Assembly (NCBI GenBank): GCA_949373075.1
Contig: CASIBX010000011.1
Location: 1 to 62,501 of the forward strand
Reading direction: 5' to 3'
DNA: 62,501 bases
Source: Candidatus Poseidoniaceae archaeon
GTDB taxonomy: Archaea > Thermoplasmatota > Poseidoniia > Poseidoniales > Poseidoniaceae
Shown: positions 31,001-38,495 of the stretch, in pieces
Position numbering within the stretch: position 1 is the stretch's first letter
How the letters are laid out: every line of letters begins with the position of its first letter
The notes under the pieces: generated by a model
Told to the model about the DNA's origin: nothing
Databases searched by the model: none
The model's input: only the letters and a program-made list of their open reading frames with translations
Program-made: the position numbers and the translations under genes

Positions 31001-34000
31001 ATGTCCTCTAACCGAAGAGCGCTGATTATGGTCGCGCTTTTCGTTCTGAGTAGTATACAAATACCTATTTCTAATATTGAAGAACCTGTATCTTTGGATT
31101 CTATTACTGAAGGTTTTAGCACAGAAAACGATATTTGGAACGAATCTCCATTACGAACAGTCGCTGTACCAGATGGTTTCAACCTTTCAACTGCGATAGA
31201 TTACAGTGACGTTGCTGTTTTGATTAACAATCAATCTGAAGCGAGTCGAACTATTGGCTGGGCCTTTGTGACTGCGAGGAATATTTCTGCAGAACGGATT
31301 TTCATATTCGACAACTCATCTACCCCTACTGATGAAACGATTAACAGAGACAAATTTGACACATATTTCCTCGATCCCTTTAGAGCGATGCTATCGACAT
31401 ACAATGGAACTGATATCAATTATCTTGTGTCAACCAAAGGTGTGCCTTTGAGAATAAATGGTGGGAATAACAAGGCCTCTTTCGACCAAGAGATCTCATT
31501 GGTTGGCGGAAGTTATGATGCTGAAATAGGAACTGACTGGTGGGGCACCCATGGTTATGGGCCATTGGCGGGCAAGGAATTGAAAGAATTCACTCGCGAT
31601 GAATATGGTTTTTTCTTAGTAACTAGATTGACAGGATATACGGTTGAAACCGCTTTAGAATTGATTGAGAAAGCGAATGACTCGTATGGTTCAAGAGGAA
31701 CGCTCATACTAGATTTAGCAACAAATCGAAATGATACAGGATACAAATTTTGGAATGATGATCTGTATGTAACAAATAGCACGCTCAATGGTACGAAAAA
31801 TCTACCAGTGATATTCGATGAAGAAACTGAATTCTTGACAAATATGTCTAACGTAATTGGTTATGCATCTTGGGGCAGCAATGATGGTAATTGGAATAAT
31901 AACTATCTCTCAAATGGGGGGTTTGACACAACTGACACTTCTTGGTCTAGTGGTTCTAGATACTGGAACGCATCAGCGCCTACCGTTGCAAGTGGGGATG
32001 AATTCATTTGGAATTACCAAACAGCAACTAAACAAGGCGGAAATGGAGCATTAGAAGCCAAGATATCCACCGAATGTAATCAAGAGTCTGGCGATTTATT
32101 GCCAGGGATTTTTGCTGAGTACTTCGATAACGAAGGAATCAGTTTCAGTACTGCCAGTATGCCTGACTTAATCGATAGAGTACCCGACCACGTCAGAATC
32201 GAAAATTCCTTAGCTTATTCATCATCCAATAATCCATACTCCGGCCTCGATGATAGATTCAAGAATAATTGGGGTGCAAGATTTAGTGGATTAATCGATA
32301 TCCCTGAAAATGGAAATTGGACTCTTTACCTCAACACAGATGACGGCTCTGAATTATGGATTGACGGTCAAAGTGTAATTCAAAATTACGGAAGCCATGG
32401 CATGAGAGAGTATTCTGCCACGATTAATTTGACAGCAGGTCACCACGATTTTAGAATCGAATTTTTCCAGGGCGGAGGGCCTCATGGATTACGGTTTTCT
32501 TGGGAAGGACCCAATGTCAGTAAGGCAACTATTCCTGCTTCAGCATTCTTAGTAGCTGGAGATTACACACCTGAATCAAATAACTTGATTCATCATTGGG
32601 ATTTTGAAGAAGGTACTGGGAATGAGTCTAGCGATAATGCCGCAAATGACTCTAATTTCACACTCTATGGAATGAACTCATCCAACTGGAAGACTTGTGT
32701 TGACGGTAACTGTCTATGGTATGATGGTAGTGACGATTATGCTAAGGTGAATGTTGATGATTGGCTAGGTAACTTCACTATCAGTCAATGGGTATGGGCC
32801 AATGTAACTAATCAAACAACGTACGCTGCTACCTTTGCTATCGATGATAATGCAGGGTCGAATCAGTCGTTCCAGCACATGGTATCTGGAGCCCAATGGA
32901 AACTTCATAATAATCAGTCACAGACATTTGGCGACGTTATAGCTCAGCAATGGACTCACCTAGTAACCGTATTCGATGGCGGAGAAACCCGACAGTATTT
33001 CAATGGAGTTTTAGTAAATACAAACAATTATCCCAATGGTTCGGTGAATAATTTCGACCTTTACAAGTTAGGAGTAAACCGAGCAGGTAGTGCATATTTC
33101 GAAGGAATGATAGACAATGTAATGGTTTGGGACACTGCCTTAAGCAATGGCTCAGTTACCGTTTTGAGTAGAGATATTGTGAATAATTGCTCAGCGTATT
33201 CAGGAAATGGCCAGGACGTTGCATATCTAGAAACCACACATGATATTCCTGAAAACTTCACAAATCATGCTTGGGTGATTTATGCCCACGGGATGAGAAC
33301 TGGTGATGTATTTGGAGAATACAACATTCAAGTTTCATCTTTTGATTCTAATGGAACACTGATGTCTCAAAACCTTTCTTCGGATACTGCTTTTACAACA
33401 TCATGGAACTCAGAAACTATGAGATTCAGACCTCACCCTGAGGCTACGTCCTTACAGATTAGAATTTCATTAGACATAGTGCCTACATCTACAGATGGTT
33501 CCCTGTTCGTAGACTCGGCTGTATTAAGAATAATCAGACCACATATGAATTGGGTAAACGGCTCAATTGTCGAAACGGCAGTTAGCACCAGTGCTCGTTC
33601 ATTTAATTGGGGAACTTCCTATGGCCAATCTTTAGTTGCTGATATTTTAGAAGATGGAGCTAGTGGAATCAAAGGATATGTGTATGAACCATATTTGACC
33701 GCTGTATCCTCTCCTAGTGTCTTACTGTCATCATACACAAGTGGATTCAATTTGGCAGAATCATATGCAGCTGCTAATACCATGACTGGTTGGATGGGAG
33801 TTGTTGTTGGCGACCCAAAGATGAGTCCTTATGCCGATATTGTTCATGATCTCGAAATTATTGATGTCAGAATTGTGGATAATGTATCTGTTGACCAACA
33901 TTTCAATATTGAAATTGCGATTCAAAATATGGGCCCAGGCGAAGGGGTTGGCGAACTGAAAATTTTGGACAAACTAGGAAGCGTAGTGTTGGCAAACCAA

Positions 34001-36124
34001 TCGATTACCATTCCTAACGGTTCACAGAATGGCAGTCGCCAAATTTTAGTTTTGCAAATGAACACCTCTAGAGAAGGTTGGAATAATCTTGTTATTCGGT
34101 GGGAAGGAACTTCTCCTCTGCATCCTGAAAGAAATATTGACAACAATATTTTCGATATGACTCTCTGGGTAAATTCGCCTCCAGTGGTAGAAGATATCTT
34201 TTGTGATTCGAGCCAATATAGTCGAGGAGACAGATTTGTTTGCAGTGTTGAAGCGAGTGACGATAGTGCAGTTACAGGAGTTGATATCGCTTGGAGAATT
34301 AGCTGGGGCAATAATAGCAGCACTGAATGGACTTGGCAGAATACCGGTAGCCAAGACGGTGTTTTGTGGTGGACAACTATTGCTCTACCTTCAGATATAC
34401 CTCTCGGAGTTCTCGACATTTCAGTTCAGGTAAGAGATGCCTCTAATTTGAGTGTAAATTCAACCTCACCCGCAATAGCATTGATTCGAGATGCTCCTGC
34501 CTTCTGGTTTGGCATACATGTTGCAGGAGTGGATGACCCTGAATGGGGCGGGGCTTCTGTACTAACTTCAGCCCCACTAACCGGAATAAAAAGAGGTCAT
34601 ATTTTGACATTGAGAGCGTGCGTACTAGATCCAGACCACGAACCTGGAAATCAAACGCCAATATTTAGTGCAAGCAGAGGCCTGATAGATGGAATTACAC
34701 ATCGCTCAGGAAGTAGCGTCGACCAACATTGCTACATATCTTCATTTGCAGTTGCGACCGCTACAAGTCTTGATTCATTTACTCTAGAATTGAGAGATTA
34801 TGAAGGAAAGTTCTTGACACGCAGAACTATTTTGATTTCAGACCAATCACCGATAATTGAAATGTCAATTATCGATTCATCAGGAGAAACTGTTGAGAAT
34901 GTACTTGCAGGAGGTGATGAGAGTCTGGAGATTCGAATTTTAGACCCCGATGACTCAGTAAACAGCGCGTATGGGGATGTGACGATTAAGTGGCCAGGAC
35001 AAAGTGCGTACACATTCCCACTAAACTTCGAATCTGGAATTGCGATTCTGCCCTTGTTTACTTCTGAAAGTATCGAAAGTGGAGATTTAGAAATAGACGT
35101 TACGATTACAGGAGCTAATGGTGCAAGTAATTCGTCACACTTTGAGACTCCAATCCTGCTAAGTCCTCCAGAAATAATATCGATTGATTTATGCCAAAAT
35201 GGAATTGAAATTGAAGAATTGATGTTTGGGCAAACCGCAGATGCTGCAGTTAGGATTCGTTCATCTCGGCCATTATCGGAAGTAATTGTGAATTTAGAGC
35301 AAATAGGATGGACGGTAGTTGCCCCTTCGCAGTCACAAACCACGTGTGGAAGTGATGTAGCGGAGCAAAGCGATTCATTCTTCTTTAGAATACAATTAGA
35401 TTCTTCATTCGTTCCAGGTGAAGGGTCTCTTGGAGTTAGAGTAGTAGATATTGATGAAATTGCATCTGTATCTTACCTTCACTTTGAGTTCATGCACTCT
35501 CCACCAACTATCGAAGTCGATCATCCACTAAATGCTAGTTATGAATCTCTACTTGAGATATTAGTCGAAATGGAAGATGCGGATGGTATCGATGCTACAT
35601 GTAGCATTATTTACTCGCAAAATAATACTGACATTTATTCCAGGCCAGATAGTGATGTAGGTGATTTTGATGGAACTGGTATTTGGTCAACCTCTTGGTT
35701 AATGCCTAACAACATAACCGGCAATCTTTCGATAGATGTTTCTTGTATTGACTGGAGCGGCAATATGGTAAATTACTCTGCGGTAATCTTTGTTGAACAG
35801 CCAGAGGAATGTGAAACCGACTGCGACAAGATTAGTACCGACACTGAAGAGGAATCTAAAGCGCTAACTACGCTGATGTTCGGCCTCGGATTACTCCTCA
35901 TTACCATAGTCACATTAGTTACAATACGCGTGCGCACGCGAGGGAATGAGGCTGAAGAGGGGGAAACTTGGCATCTAGATGAGGGTGAACCTGAACGAGA
36001 TGAAAGGATTCCAGAAGGATGGAGTTTGGAAGAATTTTTACTATGGCTCGATGGTGACATGCCAGATGACTGGGAAGAAGAGCAATGGGAATTATATCGA
36101 ACTAGCCTAGATGATCTAAGATAA
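31001..36124 (+). CDS. Giant surface protein: TIGR03790-like domain interrupted by CBM-like, PA14 and LamG domains, followed by Ig-like repeats and a C-terminal TM
   Basis: TIGR03790-like motifs VAVLIN...SRTIG, TKGVPLRI, LVTRLTG, YASWGSND, then VSTSARSF, GQSLVAD, GYVYEPYL, GFNLAES, VVVGDP; PA14 (ARFSGLI...TDDGSELWIDG...EFFQGGG); LamG (HWDFEEG...WTHLVTV...FEGMIDNVMVWDTAL). Start ATG 31001. Confidence 0.82.
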   Translation: MSSNRRALIMVALFVLSSIQIPISNIEEPVSLDSITEGFSTENDIWNESPLRTVAVPDGFNLSTAIDYSDVAVLINNQSEASRTIGWAFVTARNISAERIFIFDNSSTPTDETINRDKFDTYFLDPFRAMLSTYNGTDINYLVSTKGVPLRINGGNNKASFDQEISLVGGSYDAEIGTDWWGTHGYGPLAGKELKEFTRDEYGFFLVTRLTGYTVETALELIEKANDSYGSRGTLILDLATNRNDTGYKFWNDDLYVTNSTLNGTKNLPVIFDEETEFLTNMSNVIGYASWGSNDGNWNNNYLSNGGFDTTDTSWSSGSRYWNASAPTVASGDEFIWNYQTATKQGGNGALEAKISTECNQESGDLLPGIFAEYFDNEGISFSTASMPDLIDRVPDHVRIENSLAYSSSNNPYSGLDDRFKNNWGARFSGLIDIPENGNWTLYLNTDDGSELWIDGQSVIQNYGSHGMREYSATINLTAGHHDFRIEFFQGGGPHGLRFSWEGPNVSKATIPASAFLVAGDYTPESNNLIHHWDFEEGTGNESSDNAANDSNFTLYGMNSSNWKTCVDGNCLWYDGSDDYAKVNVDDWLGNFTISQWVWANVTNQTTYAATFAIDDNAGSNQSFQHMVSGAQWKLHNNQSQTFGDVIAQQWTHLVTVFDGGETRQYFNGVLVNTNNYPNGSVNNFDLYKLGVNRAGSAYFEGMIDNVMVWDTALSNGSVTVLSRDIVNNCSAYSGNGQDVAYLETTHDIPENFTNHAWVIYAHGMRTGDVFGEYNIQVSSFDSNGTLMSQNLSSDTAFTTSWNSETMRFRPHPEATSLQIRISLDIVPTSTDGSLFVDSAVLRIIRPHMNWVNGSIVETAVSTSARSFNWGTSYGQSLVADILEDGASGIKGYVYEPYLTAVSSPSVLLSSYTSGFNLAESYAAANTMTGWMGVVVGDPKMSPYADIVHDLEIIDVRIVDNVSVDQHFNIEIAIQNMGPGEGVGELKILDKLGSVVLANQSITIPNGSQNGSRQILVLQMNTSREGWNNLVIRWEGTSPLHPERNIDNNIFDMTLWVNSPPVVEDIFCDSSQYSRGDRFVCSVEASDDSAVTGVDIAWRISWGNNSSTEWTWQNTGSQDGVLWWTTIALPSDIPLGVLDISVQVRDASNLSVNSTSPAIALIRDAPAFWFGIHVAGVDDPEWGGASVLTSAPLTGIKRGHILTLRACVLDPDHEPGNQTPIFSASRGLIDGITHRSGSSVDQHCYISSFAVATATSLDSFTLELRDYEGKFLTRRTILISDQSPIIEMSIIDSSGETVENVLAGGDESLEIRILDPDDSVNSAYGDVTIKWPGQSAYTFPLNFESGIAILPLFTSESIESGDLEIDVTITGANGASNSSHFETPILLSPPEIISIDLCQNGIEIEELMFGQTADAAVRIRSSRPLSEVIVNLEQIGWTVVAPSQSQTTCGSDVAEQSDSFFFRIQLDSSFVPGEGSLGVRVVDIDEIASVSYLHFEFMHSPPTIEVDHPLNASYESLLEILVEMEDADGIDATCSIIYSQNNTDIYSRPDSDVGDFDGTGIWSTSWLMPNNITGNLSIDVSCIDWSGNMVNYSAVIFVEQPEECETDCDKISTDTEEESKALTTLMFGLGLLLITIVTLVTIRVRTRGNEAEEGETWHLDEGEPERDERIPEGWSLEEFLLWLDGDMPDDWEEEQWELYRTSLDDLR

Positions 36125-36144
36125 GTCGTAAATGATATTATTTA

Positions 36145-36285
36145 TCCTCACCTTGCGAATAGTTGTTGTTAGAACTATGAAGTGGTGAGGAAATGGCCCG
36201 CCTCCCATTCGCTATACTGCTCCAATATGGGTCTCGAAAGGGCTCACTGCGCTCAATATGTAGCGCAGTATAGCGGTTTGGCGGG
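36145..36285. ncRNA. Candidate structured non-coding RNA (two hairpins); strand unknown
   Basis: Helices TCCTCACC 36145-52/GGTGAGGA 36184-91, ATAGTT 36159-64/AACTAT 36173-78, CCCGCC 36197-202/GGCGGG 36280-85, CGCTATACTGC 36210-20/GCAGTATAGCG 36265-75. Confidence 0.5.
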
Positions 36286-36300
36286 GGAAGCATTATAACC
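36285..36300 (+). promoter_or_regulatory. Putative BRE/TATA promoter of mc1
   Basis: Purine-rich GGGAAG followed by TTATAA (36293-98), about 37 nt before ATG 36335. Confidence 0.45.
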
Positions 36301-36334
36301 TTCATGTAACCGTAGCCAGTTTGAGGTTTAACCA

Positions 36335-36598
36335 ATGGGTGAAAAGAAATACTTCGTTCTCATGAAGAGCGGAAAAGACACAAGCCAAGTTTTTGCGAGC
36401 AGACAACCACGTGGAGCGGCACTAAAAGCTGCAACACGCGGACACACAGACATCCGTCTGCGTGAGCGTGGGACCAAGAGAGTCCACGTATTCACCGGAC
36501 GCATCGACACTGTCGACAAGCCTGCAAACGGCCCAGCGTGGCTTCCTGACAAGATCAAGAAGGCTAACGTAAAGAAGCAAGGAATCGAGCACCTTTGA
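36335..36598 (+). CDS. Non-histone chromosomal protein MC1
   Basis: 87 aa, basic; VFASRQPRGAALKAATRG...IRLRERGTKRVHVF...PAWLPDKI.K.NVKK.GIE matches the MC1 signature. Confidence 0.92.
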   Translation: MGEKKYFVLMKSGKDTSQVFASRQPRGAALKAATRGHTDIRLRERGTKRVHVFTGRIDTVDKPANGPAWLPDKIKKANVKKQGIEHL

Positions 36599-36645
36599 AT
36601 TAAGGATGCAATTTTGAATTGCTGATACCCGTTTTGCGGGACTTT

Positions 36646-36683
36646 GCCCTTCTCAGAACTTCGGTTCTGGGAGGGGCTTTTTT
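36646..36683 (+). terminator. Hairpin plus U-tract terminator after mc1
   Basis: GCCCTTCTCAGAAC-TTCG-GTTCTGGGAGGGGC (14-bp stem, two G-U pairs, cUUCGg loop) followed by T6. Confidence 0.8.
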
Positions 36684-36752
36684 AATTTTAGATGTCAATA
36701 TTTAATCTGACATTGAACATTCCTTTATGTCTCAAGTTGATTTCGACGGTTT

Positions 36753-37730
36753 GTGACAACACGTTTCACGATACGTGATTTGGCTAGTTTAGGCTTAGGC
36801 CTTGCTTTCATGTATGTGGGAATTGACCATTTTATTCATCCAGCATGGTATCAACCAATAGTGCCTGAGGTTCTTCCTTCAGCACGATTCTGGGTACTCC
36901 TCAGTGGATTCTTTGAAGCAACCCTGGGTTTAATGTTAATCATACCAAAAACAAGAACAATCGCTTCCATAGGTATGGCTTGGTTACTAGTGCTATTGTA
37001 TTGGGCCAATTTCAATATGTGGTACAACGATATTCCTCTAAATGGCACCGACTATGATGGCAAATGGCACGCCTTCAGGCTGGTAATACAAATTGTTCTA
37101 ATTTTTACAATTACGTGGATAGGAGAAATAACTCCATTCAAAGGCGAAGAAAAGCGTATTCAATCCATGGATGTTTTCAAAGGACGAATATCATCTAGTG
37201 GATTTGCTAGTGGTGATAGAATTGTTGTTGGAGACTGGAAAGAGTCTCCCCTGGGTAGTTTTACCGACATAATGTGGGCTCGTCCTGATGGTCATCGAAC
37301 ATTGATTGCACCCAACCAGGAGGTTGTGGATTATGTTGAAGGAATGTACTCATTTGATGAGATAAAGATTCAAGATATCACTGTTACAGAAAAGCAAAGG
37401 AGATTCACATTAAGTTGTGAATCAATGGATTTAGATTTTAGTTGGAAGAAGGGATGGAAGATCCCGTTTAGAAGGTCGCTATTTTTCATTGCCACCGTTG
37501 AACTATTTTTTGCCAAACTATTTTTTGGCACACGAACACATGGTACTACCAAAAATAACCGAAAGGAATGGTACGCAATTGACCGTGTTTCAAACATAAC
37601 CGATGCTAATGCTACCATTGAAGGAAAGGATGCAGGCGGTAAAATGCCAATGAAGGAGCCATGTAAATTTGGCTTTAGCGAAGCTCCAAAGAAACCATCT
37701 TCATGTGAAGTTAGAACTCATATTCTCTAA
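36753..37730 (+). CDS. DoxX-like membrane domain fused to an uncharacterised soluble domain
   Basis: N-terminal 4 TMs with GIDHF...IVP...LSGFFE...ANFNM...RLVIQ; C-terminal FKGRISSSGFASGDRIVVGDW.ESPLG.F.DIMWA.PDG.R.L.AP domain. Confidence 0.72.
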   Translation: MTTRFTIRDLASLGLGLAFMYVGIDHFIHPAWYQPIVPEVLPSARFWVLLSGFFEATLGLMLIIPKTRTIASIGMAWLLVLLYWANFNMWYNDIPLNGTDYDGKWHAFRLVIQIVLIFTITWIGEITPFKGEEKRIQSMDVFKGRISSSGFASGDRIVVGDWKESPLGSFTDIMWARPDGHRTLIAPNQEVVDYVEGMYSFDEIKIQDITVTEKQRRFTLSCESMDLDFSWKKGWKIPFRRSLFFIATVELFFAKLFFGTRTHGTTKNNRKEWYAIDRVSNITDANATIEGKDAGGKMPMKEPCKFGFSEAPKKPSSCEVRTHIL

Positions 37731-37788
37731 CAGGTTTCTGAGTGTCATTGGACTGATGATGGAAAGCAATTGGAGTTGCCAATTTTAC

Positions 37789-37953
37789 TCAGTCAATTGG
37801 TTGTTCATTCGGCTTAATATTCATAATCAAATCGAATAACTGCGAATCATCATTCTCTAATTCTGTGATTGCATCATAACTTTCTTCCAAAATATGGCTA
37901 TTCCCTTCCGCAGTGATTACCAAATTGTAATCGGATGAAGCCCTGCGACACAT
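37789..37953 (-). CDS. Small acidic hypothetical protein (54 aa)
   Basis: Below the track cut-off; hand translation MCRRASSDYNLVITAEGNSHILEESYDAITELENDDSQLFDLIMNIKPNEQPID*; fills an otherwise empty gap. Confidence 0.45.
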   Translation of the reverse strand: MCRRASSDYNLVITAEGNSHILEESYDAITELENDDSQLFDLIMNIKPNEQPID

Positions 37954-38075
37954 CCGATTACGGTTTGTTGATGCTTCAAGTACAAAATCCGTATTTTTAG
38001 TAATTACTTATTCAATTCCTCTGTTGCAACTATCTTATAGATACAAATCAAATACATGCTTTCAGTGGGCCCAAC

Positions 38076-38345
38076 ATGCGTCTAGAATGGCCCGTCTATG
38101 CATTTACTGCTTGTGTTTTCCTCACTTTTGCTCTAAGTGTTCAGTTCCTTTCCCTTGGCGATGGTGCCGTCGTTGGACTGTTCGTGCTGCTGACCGTGGC
38201 CTATGCATGGGTTGCTTGGTTGATGGTCAAGCAAAAGGCCGTCCTCGAACTTCACTCCTACACCGCCTGCAATACGTGCGGTGAGTTGACACCTTCACAA
38301 GGCAAGTACTGCATGAATTGTGGCGCTGATTTAGATAGTGTTTAG
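38076..38345 (+). CDS. Small two-TM protein with C-terminal zinc ribbon
   Basis: Two hydrophobic helices, then CNTCG...YCMNCG. Confidence 0.72.
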   Translation: MRLEWPVYAFTACVFLTFALSVQFLSLGDGAVVGLFVLLTVAYAWVAWLMVKQKAVLELHSYTACNTCGELTPSQGKYCMNCGADLDSV

Positions 38346-38431
38346 AACACAATTTGGAATATCGAACCGGTTAAACAGTGGTTCAATTAGATACAACTTT
38401 TGATTTGCAAAGCTGCACTCAAAGGTACAGT

Positions 38432-38468
38432 CCTCAACTCACCCTCTCGTTTGAGAGGGTGATTGAGG
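38432..38468. terminator. Hairpin between convergent genes
   Basis: CCTCAA-C-TCACCCTCTC-GTTT-GAGAGGGTGA-TTGAGG, 16 bp with one bulge; no clear U-tract. Confidence 0.55.
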
Positions 38469-38495
38469 TTAGCTTCAGTACTTCTCAGTACAGTT

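Noticed and set aside
36278-36299. TTGGCGGGGGA resembles the archaeal 16S rRNA ~915-934 region
   Set aside because: Only about 11 nt match, there is no flanking rRNA similarity and no adjacent C/D box; it also forms a local stem and the putative BRE, so it is probably coincidence.
36138-36335. 65-aa minus-strand ORF over the structured region
   Set aside because: No RBS or recognisable motif, and it abuts the mc1 start; base-pairing explains the region better.
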